This document shows, one piece after another, positions 1 through 14,390 of a stretch of DNA of 64,000 bases. Each line of letters starts with the position of its first letter. The first letter of the stretch is position 1. A program made the translations under genes and the position numbers. The stretch comes from Octopus sinensis. Its lineage: Eukaryota. The notes beneath the pieces were generated by a model. That model was not told the origin of the DNA. It saw only the letters and a program-made list of their open reading frames with translations, and did no database searches. The DNA lies in assembly GCF_006345805.1 (NCBI RefSeq), contig NC_042998.1, positions 118,234,001 through 118,298,000 of the forward strand, in the 5' to 3' direction.

Positions 1-1649
1 CACACACAAGCCACACCATCGCGTTTTCAACAACTGAAAATGAACTGCTAAAAATAACAGCAAAATGCCAGGAATGTGTTTGCGTGTGCGCGCTCAACAA
101 TTTATGCAGCTGATGCCAATGAACAGAGAAATTAAACAGAAATGTTTTACATGCCTGTTCTGTACGAGGGTTTTGTTTTTTCGCTTTAACGGTAAATGAT
201 TCTGATAGAACCCAATACGATATTGAATAATTCTCCGTCATGCTTCATACAATCCCACCTTTTCTTAAGTAAAGATAAACGCTCTTTAATTGTGAATTAC
301 CGCCAAAATTAATTTCTCTTGCAAAAGAGTGGGTGGCATTTTCTCTCTTTTTCAATATATAATTAGAAGAGAGAATATGTTTTTACCAAATATGTTAAAA
401 CTTTACTAACTTGTTCGATCTGCCACTGAACCAAGATTTCAATTTGATTTGACACATACTTTGCTATCATTTATATGGAGAATTGCAAACATGGCATATA
501 AAGATAACTTATTTCAATAGAATTTTTATGTTTACATTTCTGCAAATGATTTTCTTGCGCACTACTCCCCACCCACACACATACATAGACACCTGCACAT
601 ATACGCACTCGGATACACGTGGACGAAGTCTCATTTTGGAAGTATATTAAAGTTTTTATTATTTTGGAATGATGAGCACAAACATAGGTGCTGAGACAGT
701 GACTAAATTGTATTTTGTTGGTATTAATCCAATGAATTGACAGCAAGGTGTGTCAGAAGTACTTTTCTGAAACAAGATTTCAGTCTACGGTGTTGTCGCG
801 TGCGCATTAACCCCAAAACCTTCACACAAATGCTGGTTGCTGAAAAACTAATATTGTAACAGGAAAAGAAAAACTGGGTAAATATTTACAATAGCACCAT
901 ACTCGCTAAATACTAACCCTAAGAGCAACCCTAAGCTATAAGTCTTTCTACAGCAGGGTCGGCGCTAAGCCCCTACAATCAATGCGTTCGCAAGGGGCAT
1001 CCGCGAAGAACTGGAATTAATATAATGTAAAACATAAAGTTCGATGTTGCACACAACTTACGTTATTTTCAGAAGAAAAAGAAACAGTAAGGTTTCTAAA
1101 CAACGGAAGCTCTTCATATGGATACACGCCCGGTGAAAACTCTTATTACATTTATATAAATCATTCATTCATTCATTCGGTCATTTAGTTACTATACACT
1201 GTCGGATATCTTTCAATTTATATGAAAAACTTTACAAATTTCCCGTGACGTAAGTTAAAGATATCGACTTGAGTAATTCAAATAACTGTTCGTGGAATGG
1301 ACCTAATAAAATTAGCTAGAATACATTCTATATTTCATATTTAAATGCGACTCTTTCTATTTGGATAGAGATTAGAAGATGTTATATCTTGATAAACTTC
1401 CAATACATATTTTGGATATTTTTTGAACAACACACCTTATTAACACTTGATATTTCACGTTAAAATCCGACGTGAGTATTTTTTCTTGGATACGGATTGA
1501 AAAGAAATATATGCTGATAACTTACATTACTATTTGTTATATTCTTGGAGCAACTCAACTTATTAACACTGGCTATTTCTATTTATATTTTAAGTCAGAT
1601 GTTAAAAATATTGTATGCTGATAACTAACTTTAGATACTAGACGGCAAA

Positions 1650-2829
1650 GAGGTGGATTGTGCCGTATTGTCCCCTTCTGTCAATGATCTTCAAAGCACA
1701 CATCAATGTGGAGTTTTGTATCTCTGTGAAATTCATCAAGTATGTGTGCAAGTATGTGAGCAAGGGGTAAAATATGGCTGTTTTTGGCCTTCAGGAGGTA
1801 AACAAGAATGATGAGGTGACATGCTACCAGATGGTATGCTACTTTAGCAATAAAACAGTCTGAAACTGTTTAACTATGCGCTGCATCCAACTGTTATCCA
1901 TCTAGCTGTACATCTAGAGAATGGCCAGCAAGTCTACTTTAATACATACAATCCACAATCTCCAGAAGCTACTTGAAACTTGATGTTCAACAACATTGAC
2001 TGTTTCTTTTTTGAGCTTTGTACAACAGATCCATTTGCTTCCACTTTTTTGTACCACGAAGTCCCTCAATATTACACAAAATAATGGAAGACTGTTGAAG
2101 GACATCCAAGAATAAATAGATATTCAGCATTGGGAAGTGTCTACACTGTGCATCCCAACAATTTTGAGTATTATTCCTTGAAGCTTCTTTTGCACACAGA
2201 TCGTGGTCCAAAGTGTTTCCTAGATCTGAAGACTCTTAATGGCCATGTTTGTGATACTTGCAGACAGACCTGCCATTTCCATGACCACATTGAAGATGTT
2301 AGTCATTGGAATGCAGCTCTAGATGAGGCATTTCTTCATGTTCTACATTTCAGTTGCAAAATCTCTTCCGCATTTTACTTCGAGCTTGTGACATCTCTCG
2401 CCCTCGCCAACTGTGGGAGAAGCACCACAAAGCTTCCTGTGCAGACATTGTTCACAGATTGCAGAAGCAAAATCAAGGTCTCGAAAACCTGTTGACAGAG
2501 AGCGTCAAGAATGAAGCTCTACTTCTTCTGGAAGACAAGGTCCTTCTACTTGGAAGAAAATTTGCAGGAGTATGGCTTACCATATCCAATAAGAGAACAG
2601 CACAGAGTAGACCAGGAAATTTTGAGGGAGACATCATATAGCATCCAAAATCTCAATGAGTATGTGAGAGAGAATGTGCCAAAGTTTTTGACTGAACAAC
2701 GGACAGCATACAATTGCATCTTTCGAATTGCTGAAGAGCAAATGGATGGCCTGCTTTTTGTGGATGTTCTTGCGGGCACTGACAAGACGTTTTAGAACCA
2801 CCTTTTGTTCGCAAAAGCCCGTCTAGATC
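1650..2829 (+). mobile_element. Helitron Rep/helicase pseudogene, upstream part (5'-truncated)
   Basis: Translates to WIVPYCPLLSMIFKAHINVEFCISVKFIKYVCKYVSKG and HPTVIHLAVHLENGQQVYF, typical of the Helitron post-Rep region, then VDVLAGTDKTF (Walker A of a PIF1-like helicase). Many stops and frameshifts. Confidence 0.9.
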
Positions 2830-3097
2830 AACGGAGGTCATCTGGAGCTTAATGGGGGCGTTTTGGAGCAAAGCTACGTTAAGAGACTTGGCGGCGCTAT
2901 GTAGGCGCTGGAAGAACCACGTTTTTGATATGTTTAATTTGAAAATAATGAGTTTTTAAGATATTATGCCATTTTGCTTCAAATTTTCAAAAACTTAGAA
3001 AGCACACAAAACAAAAATCTACACACATATGAAGAGTGACATAGGATTAAATTTAAAAAGTAATGAAAAGAAGCGAAAATCAGTATATGTCTGTTTG

Positions 3098-3158
<61 letters not shown>

Positions 3159-3511
3159 GCGTGCGCGCGCGCAAATACATAAAGAATGCTGGTCAGAATT
3201 TTGCATCAAACTGGCTTTTAGGAGTGTTTGATAAGTATGTATCTGTATTAAGAAAAATTAAAATCACAGAGCCGAAAAAACTCTAAAATATTAATTTTAA
3301 TCGTAATGATGGAGGGCAGTAAACATTTTCCCATTCCTTAATACTAACAATAGCATAGTATGAGGGAGATTTGGCTGTTATTTATTGCAAATTGAACAAC
3401 CACATAGAGAGTACCTCTTTGGCTCATTCGTTGATGTGTCTTATTAAACAAAAAGTAAAGGAGAAACAGGCAGTAGCAAACACCCAGACACACACACATG
3501 ACCCACACGTA

Positions 3512-3543
<32 letters not shown>

Positions 3544-4059
3544 CTTCCATATGAATGGGCGGAATTATGATGTAAGCACGTGCTAAAACACCCATAACAT
3601 TTCTAATATTACAAACCTTTTCGATTCTGTCTTCTGCACAATGGAATTGATATGATTATGCAAAAAAAAAAACATCCACCATTTTTTTTTCTTTTTTGTT
3701 AATTCGTGGTTTTAAAATACGGACAGTCCGAATCTACAGTTTGTTTCTTTTTATAATTTCCACATAAATTTTTAATACTTTTATGGAAGAAAGTCACACT
3801 TTTTCATATAAGGCTGAACGTTATACGTGAAATGCCAGTGACATGCTGCAATATCAGCAGACAGACAGCTGTACAGTGGTACGACATATAGTCCAAATAA
3901 ACGAAAACTTTCGTTTTAAAAATAAAAATAAAGTTGGAAGAGTGGCAAAGAAGTTTTGGATGTTTGTGATTGTCGTAACCGACGGTGTGCCAGTTTTTAA
4001 TCTACGTGCGTGTATAAAGATATAATTAAAACAATATGCATACACCCACGCTTATACAT

Positions 4060-4151
<92 letters not shown>

Positions 4152-5320
4152 AACAAACTCTAATAGGGGGGACTTTCTAAAATTCCTTACACAATGAATT
4201 CCAATTTAATCGGAATCTACATAATCTGAGGCATATTTGTAGAAATGAAATATTTTCTCAAGGTTATGAAGGAGCAAATCTTTGGGGCACAATTGTGTAG
4301 ATATGCCGAAATATTTATATATTTATGCAAGGATGTATATAAGACTAACTTTGTAAAAATGTATGTATGTGTATATACTTTTGTGTATGTATGCATTTAT
4401 ACATATATATATTTTAGTTTCAGAAGATATTAGAATAATGGCATCAAAATCAGTCATAATAAGAGATCTCTCAAAACTTTATTTCTGGCACACATATTTA
4501 CGCAATTTTGATTGCGAAATATTTAAAAAAAGTATTTGGAAATTATAAATGGTAGATTCGGACTGTCCATATCTTCAAACCATGTATTATAAAAAAAAAG
4601 TTGCGTGGGTCAAATTTTTTCTCAAGATGTTCATGGCTTCATAAAAATAAGCGTGGAAAACTGGATCAAGATAACCAATTCTCAGGTCTTTCATTTCCTT
4701 TTAAAAGATGAAGATTTTGTGAATGAAACACATTAGATCCTGAATAAAAGAATGTGTTTAATATGACAATTTCTCAGATTTCCTTAAGTCATTTTAAAAG
4801 GGGGATGATTTTGTGACTCAAACTAACTAGGCCCTAGTACAGTGAATCCCATCCTTCACAATTTGCTACTCATATGAACATATGTATTTCGACAATTTCA
4901 ATCAAATACATTATCTTTCCTGATCATAAAGAATCCTCTTACCGGGTGACAATAACTTTTATGTCAGTTTGTTGCACAAGTTCTCACTATTTTGATAAGG
5001 GAAATCGGAAAGCTTTGAAATGATTCATCGGCATTTACTTATACCAAAGAGCACTCTTTCGATAGACAACACGTTGATCTCATAAGTGCCACGTGGTGGA
5101 AATGAACGCAATTACCACACTTTTAATTCATCATTTCGTGGGGTTTTTTTTGCATTTCAATTTGTACGTCTGTACTCCCGGCTGCGTACAAGCGCATATG
5201 TAAAACGGCGTCCTTAATTCTTTAATCATTATCTGCTGATATCAAAATAAGTATTATATTGAATAATTTTTTAAAATATTTTCTAGAGGCTTTTGGTCAA
5301 GAATGTGTTGAGAACATTTT
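2830..5320. mobile_element. 2.5 kb insertion of unknown class interrupting the Helitron helicase
   Basis: GTCTAGATC is duplicated at 2821-2829 and 5321-5329. Removing the insert restores colinear helicase sequence. No terminal inverted repeats or coding region seen. Confidence 0.7.
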
Positions 5321-6698
5321 GTCTAGATCGGTGCATTACATTAGCGGAACATCTTCTGGAATTGCAGCTATTCTTTTAACAGGTGCTCGAACAGCTCATT
5401 CTACTTTCACGCTTCCCTTGAATTTAGTTAGGACAGAGAATCCTAATTTGTAGCATCTCTAAGACATCAGCTAAGGCCAAGGTCTTGCAGTAGACGTGCC
5501 TGATCGTCTAGGATAAACGCACTATGTCTCACTGCGGAGCACTTGAAGTGACCGTAACGTAAGAGATTTGAGAAGAAAGAACATTTTTATGGCTGGGGTC
5601 ATTCTAGTTTTGGCTGGGGATTTCAGACAAACCACACCTGTGATCCAAAAAGGTACAAAAGAAGATGAACTAAAGGGCCGTCTCAAGCAAACCTATACGT
5701 GGCAAGTGACCAACCTTCATATGACAGTTGAAATGAGGGCCCATATATTTGGTGATCAAGCTGTCGGGCTGTTTGCACGCCACCTTTTGAACATAGGGAA
5801 TTGGCAACTATCTTATATCCACCAAATGCATCAAGATAAGCGACCCTCTAGCGAGATTGTACCAATTGTCAATGATCTCAAAACGCATGTGTTTACAAAC
5901 ATTGCATAAAACTTTAGTATCCGTCAATGGCTATGTGAGCGAGTTATCTTGGCTCCACGTAATGATGCTGTTGACAAAATCAATTGGGATTTCGTGCAGC
6001 TGTTGCCAGGATAAAGACAGTCTTTCAAATCCCTCGATACAGTCATTGATCAGGACCAAGCTGTAGTTTTTCCAACTGAGTTCCTAAACTCTCTGCAGCC
6101 ATCTGGGATGGTAATTACTACTTAACACTTAAAAAGGGGACCCTAATTTTGCTATTCAAGAATCTGTATCCACCTCGCCTGTGCAATGGCACCAGACTGG
6201 TGGCGAAAGCGATGCAACGCCATGTCCTAGAGGCAGCAATTCTCACTGCGAAATATAATGGTGAGGATGTCTTAATTCCACGGATCCCATTACTCTTATC
6301 AGACTTCCCCTTTGAATTTAAACGGCTCAAGTTCCTAGTGAAACTAATTTTTTCCAAGTCGATAAACAAATCTAAAGGACAATCGTTCAAGGTTGTTGGA
6401 CCTAATCTTGCTTTTCCTTGCTTCTCTCATGAGCAACAACATGTACGATGTTCGAGAGTTGGAAGTCCCAAAATCCTTTTTATTTGTACCCCAATTAAAG
6501 CACACATTGAAAACATTGTATATTTAGAAGTTCTACAAAATTAAACTGTGACTGATTTTAGGATTTGGTTTATTAGCTTTGTTTATTACTCACGTCGTCA
6601 GATAGAATTTTTCTGAAAATATATTTTTATCAGAATAAATATATTTATTCCTTTTAACAGTCTTTTAACTTCCAAGCAACGCCGGGTACGTAGGCTAG
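5321..6698 (+). mobile_element. Helitron PIF1-like helicase pseudogene, downstream part and 3' terminus
   Basis: Motifs SSGIAAILLTGARTAHS, LAGDFRQTTPVI, PPRLCNGTRL, SINKSKGQS and CFSHEQQHVRCSRVG. Ends GCAACGCCGGGTACGTAGG-CTAG (6695-6698) followed by T, the canonical Helitron 3' end. Confidence 0.92.
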
Positions 6699-6730
6699 TA
6701 CATACGAGTGTATATGTGTGTGTATGCATG

Positions 6731-6814
<84 letters not shown>

Positions 6815-6857
6815 CATATATGTATGTATGTATGTATGTATTTATATATGTATGTAT

Positions 6858-7660
6858 AGGCACTTCTGCATATGGATATGCGGGGGGAAAAAAAGGAAAT
6901 TTTGTTGGGATGAGATCTGGAGGGGGAGCACATCATGGTTTAGTTTTCTTTTGCAAGCCCTTTATGATATACTGCCATCTCCACGCAATCTCCTGAGATG
7001 CAAAATACCGAACGACGGCAAATGTTAATGCGGAAAAGTTGGCAAGCTTAAGCATATTCTAACAACTCAATGGCGTTGGCATCATTCACAGAGAGGCACG
7101 ATGAGATCCTTAGAGATCTCTATAATGCTGCCAAAATGTATGTTGAATAAATCTATGTTGACTAGTAATTGCAGAAGGATGAGAATAAACGGTTTATCAC
7201 GTTTGTCCTTCAAGGTCAAGATGGTGACCCAAAACTAAAGGAAACTGTGAAGGACGACAACTTGGACGGAGTATAGAAGGTAGCAACAGATCGAATAATT
7301 CTGAACGCCTCTTTTCAACAGCAACATAGATGAAGCCGGATATGATGATATAATGTGACGAACGTAAGATAATACACATTCTTGAATTAAGTGACCCACG
7401 GAAGACAATTTAGATACAGCCCAGAATAAGAAAGACGATTGCCATGTGATGCTATTTGGAGTGCAGTACGCTTTCCCGTATAATTTGTATGTAAGAGTTT
7501 TATCGGGTCCAGACTGAGACGGTATCTGCTATCAAATGGTGTCCAAAATCGGCAAGTAAACGTCATAAAGGTGATCCAGACGGCAGGGTGTCAAGGCCAG
7601 CCATTGGATATAGCTGTAAAGAAATGATGAAACCCGACTGGAGAGATAATGACTCTGAAA
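6858..7660 (+). mobile_element. 3' remnant of a restriction-like-endonuclease non-LTR retrotransposon (HERO/NeSL-like)
   Basis: [17 protein letters not shown] followed by a decayed zinc knuckle and RH-D, then MKPDMMI..HILEL and ASHWI. This matches the HERO-type C-terminus. Heavily decayed. Confidence 0.7.
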
Positions 7661-8446
7661 CGGGCTTGAGCTCGAATACTAGTCTGTCGAATCGCTAGGT
7701 GGAGTTTGTTTATTTAGCCTGCAATCTATTCAGGATTAGGATATGAAAGTTAATATCTAAAATGCATTAGGTTAAAACAATTACAGCATATAAATTGAAA
7801 TTTTTATATGGTTTGCTTTATAACTTCAAAATAATGATTAAGTTTTGTTAACTATAGTCTCATTTTTCGAAACAGACTTTCCAATATTTATTATTTTTAT
7901 GATTATCAAAATTATCACAACCGCGTTGTCGTTTAATATGTATTGTATATATTTTGAATGGGCTATTTTTTTCTCTACATTATCACGCAAAAATATTCTT
8001 AATAGTGAAATTAGAAATGAAAACAATTCAGATGTTTATTATTAAAATTTCGTATTTTTCTATAGAAAAGGCATTGCATACAATGTTGTTGTCCTACCTG
8101 TCGGAAATAATCGGAACATTATAAGACCAAACTCTTTGCATCCAGTCAATTTAATAGATGTCTGAATGGTAACCTAATAGAAATTCAACCATTTCATCTG
8201 TTATGTTTTATATAGTGTAGTAACAAAACAAAATAAAAGAATTTATCAAAGCAAGATCAAAAATACTTTTATTTTTCAATCATTTGTCTAGGTAGTAAGA
8301 GAATTCTTGTCTGAAAATTAAGTTTCTTTAGATTAGATTACTTCTGATCATCGGTTGTATTTATCAGCTGTTAACGGTTCAGTGCTTCTCGACTCGCTCA
8401 AACTCCTAAACTTGTGAAAAGGATATACGCATTGTACATATATATG

Positions 8447-8508
<62 letters not shown>

Positions 8509-11500
8509 CGTCTCTGTGTGTGTATGTGTGTGTAAAGCATATATATATATATATGGATAATATGTATACATATGCCTATGTATATATGTATATAAATACA
8601 TATATATATCGATATATATATTCAAATGTGTATATATTTATATATATATATATATTATATATTCAATTATATAAACATACATACATATATAAATATATAC
8701 ATACATATATTCATGTACATATATGTATGTAGGTCTGTATGTGTCTATGTATGTAAGCATGCACCTACATTATTTTATATGTATAAACACAAACGCACGC
8801 ACGCTTATGTGTGTGTGTGTGTGTTTGTAGTTTTATATATTTTTTATATATCCGTCTATATTAATGTATATGTGTATGTTTGATTTATACGATTTCATCC
8901 TTTTCTTGCTTTGAAGACCTATGGGTAAACCAGAACAAAAATTGTGCTACGCTAGAGTACCATTAATGAGAAGTGAATAAACAGTTTCGCAGTAGAAGAT
9001 GAAAACACTTCGTAAATTCTATCAATTTTCATATATTAACTTCATTTCTTTGACTTGAATGTAATTGCTTTCCCATTCAAAGGTAAGTAATGAAGTAGTA
9101 AACGAAATAATAAAATAGAAAATCTGTCTTTGCTGGTAATGGTACCGACTTCATTTCTATTTGGCTAGTCAACGGGAGCGCCAAGAAAAATATTTAAGCA
9201 AATAAATCAAAAAAGGTACACGTAAGTTATTTGTCAGCGTATTGTATCGAGAATAGTTTACTTCAAATATTAGGTTTCAGAAGCGGTCTACAGATTTGTA
9301 GTTAGTAATATTATTTTTATTAGCATTTTTATTATTGTTATCATTAATTTTACCATTATGCTTGTTGGTTTTGTTGTCGTTGTTCTTGTTGTCGTCGTGT
9401 TGTTGTTATTATTGTTATTGTTGTTATGCTCGTGTATGAGGTGGATTCTCTGATCTTAAACGCGTTTCTGTAAATCTATTCACCTATAAGTTTGTATTTT
9501 TGCCGGTAATTGTGTTCTAGACATACTCGGGGTAAAAGTAGTTTGCAATATCTCAAGAGTAAAAATTGCATTTTTCCATTCTTTACAGCTAACAAACGAA
9601 ATACTTCGCTTGGAATTTATTCAACGCATTCAGGATAGTATGTTGTGAAGCAGTAACGCTTTGGTCTGGCTTGAAAGTTTCACCTGTCAAAGCAAAAATA
9701 AAGATTAATCTGAAACTAACTCGTAGTGCGGTAGCATATATGCACATATGTATAATATTGATAAAATACAGGTAGGCGAATAGCTTTAATTTTAGGAGCA
9801 ACAACACCATTAACAATAGCAGTAACATTAAGAAAAAAACGGACAAAGGCGGAATAAAAAATATGAGATACTTGAAGAACAAGAAAGCAACTCTAGCAAC
9901 AATGGTGGCAGCAACAATACATCAAACACAGATAACAACGACAAGAATACACTACAAACATCAAATAAAACAAGTTCTACATCAAGGATAACAAATTCTA
10001 CAACAGCAACGACTCCATCTTTAGTATAACTGCAAGAAGGCCGAGAATGATTCTCAGTAACGTACAGATCAGGATATAAATCCAGCCCAAGAGCGGTCAC
10101 ATGTCACAAGTAGTTGCTGTTAGTGATGAGATGAGGTACTCCGGTCAAAATCTAGAATTTCATTATCATACACTAAACGTGAGTGGATGCGATGTATTTG
10201 TCAGTAGAAATTAAGCTTCCTCGACGGTTAGCTGCTATGTTTCACAAATTGAATTAAAAGTAAATCTTAACTAAGCTCATGTTCAAAGTGTATCAGTAAA
10301 ATCAAGAAATATTTACAGCCACTGACTGCTTAACGACTTTCTTCTCAGTGCAGTAGTCAAGAAATAGGACGCTTGCACTGGTACCAGCTCTACAAGTATG
10401 GAAATAACAAAGAATAAATTAATACAACAAAAATACCCAAACAGGAGTAACAACAACAGTAAAATCACACTTTAAATTCAGTTTTTATTGATCAGATGCA
10501 AGATTTCCTTCTCAAGTGATCGTTCAGTTCCACATTGATTCAGTATTCTCAGGAATATGGAAGTCATTTTCCATGTTATCATAGCGAAACTCCTTTGCAT
10601 TTATTCATCATACTCATTTGTTATTCTTTCTTGCACTTCCATAAAGATATAATCATAAAATGTTTAAGTATTTTCATTCATGCATTGAACAGAACTTTAG
10701 TTTTGTAATTTGCAATAGAGAATATAAACATATGTGTGTGTATGCGTGTTTATCTACGTGTATGTGGTTGTAGTCCACTGTTTTGTTTTTTTGTTTTTGG
10801 TTTTTATTTCATTTTGCTTACTTAAGAATGGGGTAGTTGAGTTGATCATTTCTTAAGGCGCTTCATCTGTAAGGAGCCCCATACGTTTTACGTTCAGTTA
10901 AAAAGTGATTAGTGCGTCGTTTCGGCTGAGTGAGCTCTGGCTTGAAGTACTGCCAAATTCGATTTTGTATTTTATGGTTCTGATAAGTAAAGACACAGTC
11001 CAGCGCTGAGATCGATTTTACCATTCAATTTCTCTTTCTCGTTCTCTTTCTCTCTGAATGAAATTCGTTATGTTGAAACCTCGAGGGGGGATCGGAGAGT
11101 CACTTTTATGTTTACGATGGTCAAAATACGCCACGTTCACGTTAGTGCTCTTATAATTCTATTAGAAATTCAGAGCTTAAGGTATGTAATATCAGGTGGC
11201 GTTTACAATAGATACGAAGTCGAGAATGCACATATAAATTGCGAAGATATGTATGCTCGCACAAATATATGTATATGTATACATGTCTACGAGTATGTTA
11301 GTAACGCAAATTATTTCAACTCATACAACATAACTTGGTCTTAATATTACTTTATCAGATAACAAAATCGTGAAAGGGATTAGCACCGTAATTTATAACG
11401 AAAAATAGTATTTCAACGAAAAGATAGAAATGCAAAATTAAATACACATATAAAGAGTTATAATAACAGATCAAGTAGTGAAGGCATTGAGAGACACATG

Positions 11501-12210
11501 AAGCAATTTAAACGTTAATTAATGACATGAGGGACTGGTAAAATCCCAGCATATCATTTTAAGACTACTCGTTAAATATTTTTCTTCCTTTTACATTAAA
11601 TTTGTTTGTTTGTTTTCATTTATAGTTTCGATAATTGTTTACGATTATTGACTCGATTTATATTTTGCTCTTCTTGCTGATTTTATTAAATGATGTTTTT
11701 CATGTTTGTATTAAATGAAAACAAATAATGAGTCATCTCAAAACTTGATGTTGGGATTGTTTCCAACCCCCTTTATGTAATTCATTACAGATTTAATTGC
11801 TTCGTGTGACATTTATCCTCTCCCCTCACAGCGAAGGTCACACAACATGATTAATGATTGCGCGCCTGCATTTAAGAAGATGCAATATTTTGTTTAAATT
11901 TTATTTCTAGTATTAATATTTGTTAGTGTCTATTCATAAATTAACATTGTTTCACTACAAATTGATCAATTATGCTCCGCAGTTAAACTTGACAATCACA
12001 CACAGGCACATTCAAGTACATACATACATACATACATACATACATACATGCACACACAGACATATATATATATATATATATATGTGTGTGTATACGCACC
12101 CACATACACACGCAAGTACATATATACCTATATGTGTATGTATGTATGTATATATATATACATACATTCATATCTATCTATCTATCTATATATATATATA
12201 TATATTTATA

Positions 12211-12790
12211 TAACTTTGAAAACTTTGATAGGTTTTGGCCAGTATAGTCCAAGCCATGTCTAACTTGATAACACCACCTGGTGAAGTCTTTTAATCATAT
12301 ATGGAGCACCATGGCCCACTCTAGCAAAGGGTCATTATTGTTGAAGACATATGCGGGTGTAGGAGTTTAGTCCGAGATTTTTTGAAGAAATTTTCTAGTT
12401 AGGTTTTGAATTTTAGTGGATCCGTTTCTGTTTTGACGTATTTTGGTATACTATTAAATAGAGCTGGAGCGGTTGAGGTAAAGTAGTTTGGATGTAATGT
12501 TGTTGTGTGTCCTGAGTTCGATTTTTATGGTGGGCGGATTGCATGGTGACCAAATCTTTGGTGGATTTTAAAATTGATGCAAACGTCATTTGTGAAATTT
12601 TGATGAAATATTTTCCACATCACACAAATGATGTAGCGCTTCCGGCAGCGTTGGAGAGAGTAGAGATTGCGTATTTTTAGTCGACCCCCAATAGTCAATG
12701 CCTGTCAGGACACCTACCTTCGAAGATTCGGCTAGCTAAGGAATAATAAGACAGTCCAATGATAGCCTTAGAAGTCACTGCCAGTACTAT
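12211..12790 (-). mobile_element. CR1/L2-group LINE 3' fragment
   Basis: The reverse complement aligns with the 3' end of the 31802-32660 copy (GACTTC-CCAGGTGGTG-TAT-AAGTTAGACATGGC). The tail runs into (TA)n. Confidence 0.75.
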
Positions 12791-12882
12791 TCTTCTAAAT
12801 ATGTTTTACTCTTAACATATGCATAGAATGATCCTTCAAAATAATGTAAAATTGTTATTATTATAACAGGCATATATACATG

Positions 12883-12961
<79 letters not shown>

Positions 12962-14015
12962 ATGTGTGTATAATAAATATATATAAAGTTTGAAGTGACT
13001 TTAATTTTTTACTTGTGTTCAATTCACTCAGTCTGTGAGGAGCTCCTATACACAAGAAGCGGAAATCACAGATTATATTCCCTTTGCAAAAGTAATTCTT
13101 ATAAATCTGAAGCAGCATGAAAAGAGCTTAACGTTAAGAACGTCAGTTAAATTCAACTTTTGGGGATTAAATATCACATTTAAGTGCAGGTCCTGTATAT
13201 ACAGACGTTTGGTGAAATTGTTGGATATATGTTCAGTCAGTAAGCCCTAAAAAGATTTATACATACAAAAATAGAAGGAAGAAAAGCTGTTGTCTATTGG
13301 TATCAACCTATGAACTCAGCACAAAATAAATACAAATATAGGTGAGAATAGTATAAGGTATATAATGATTTGAAAACACCGATTAACAGAGATTATGTTT
13401 TCAAATAGAAAGTAAAATGTTACCTAGAGTACCTTTTGAATCTAACGATCTCTAACTGAGACTATTCGTTTTTGAACTACAAGGTTTCTTCTTATGCTGA
13501 ATTTTCTATTTCCCACGATTTGAATTAATCACTGATTTGTTGATTATATTTAGAATTCAAAATCCCTTACAGTGAGACAGTCAAACAAGCTGGTGGAATG
13601 GAGCAACCTTCCATTTCTCTCTGGCATTAACTGAGTGTATGAAAAAAATGTATATTCAAAAATACACTATTATTAAGAATTTTCAGTGCGGATCGAAACA
13701 GATAAAGAAAATATTCATATTCAAATATAAACAATGTCATATTTATGCTCAAATCTCCAATATACTATAACATTAAAGACAAAATATCGGGAGGAAGGAA
13801 TGAAGAACTTGTAATGTAATCAAATTCAGAGAAATAACATTAACTTACTAAATGCGGCCAAAACTCGCTCTAATTATAATGCTGTATATCATAAACTATA
13901 ACGTCACAAACACAAGACACTCAATGAAGGAGATTAAATGACACAGCAAAAGCAAAACTGTATTAAAACAAAGAATACGATAGCGTCTGACTCTTTCAGA
14001 AAAAATATTCTGAGT

Positions 14016-14390
14016 TAATTACCTCCGCCAAGGAAGGGGGTTATGTTTCCATCGACGTTGGTTTGTCTGTCTGCCCGTCTGTGTGCAAAATATCTCAAAA
14101 CGTTGTGAACACTATTTGAAACTTACGGGAAATGTTGGTAATGGCACAAGGAACAGATGATGAAATTTTTGGTAGTGATCCGGGAATTTTTTTGAATTCT
14201 TGAAGGATTTTTGATTTGTTATATTTACTTTACATGAAGTATTACAATGTTACGTTCTTTGATTATCATTTCCGCGTTCATCATTTCCATCTATTGTGGC
14301 GTTGCTGTTTTCAAAGTTTATTTTCGTTTCTCTATTAGTAATTTTACTCGCGTATTTATCTTAAAATGAGCTGCTTGGCAGAGGTGTGCA
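14016..14390 (+). mobile_element. Non-autonomous Helentron/DINE-like (HINE) element, 3' end lost
   Basis: Starts TTACCTCCGCCAAGGA..GGTTATGTTT, has GTCT repeats, and carries the subterminal inverted repeat CTTGGCAGAGG at about 14374-14384. It is cut off where the CR1 fragment begins. Confidence 0.7.

Noticed and set aside
945-1015. GC-rich patch with a GCCCCT/AGGGGC stem, considered as a ribozyme, ncRNA or first exon
   Set aside because: No complete catalytic motif or recognisable family, and all frames close quickly.
9750-10030. Asn/Ser/Thr-rich stretch resembling a low-complexity coding exon
   Set aside because: Frames are short and closed; it looks like a decayed (AAC)/(AGC) repeat.
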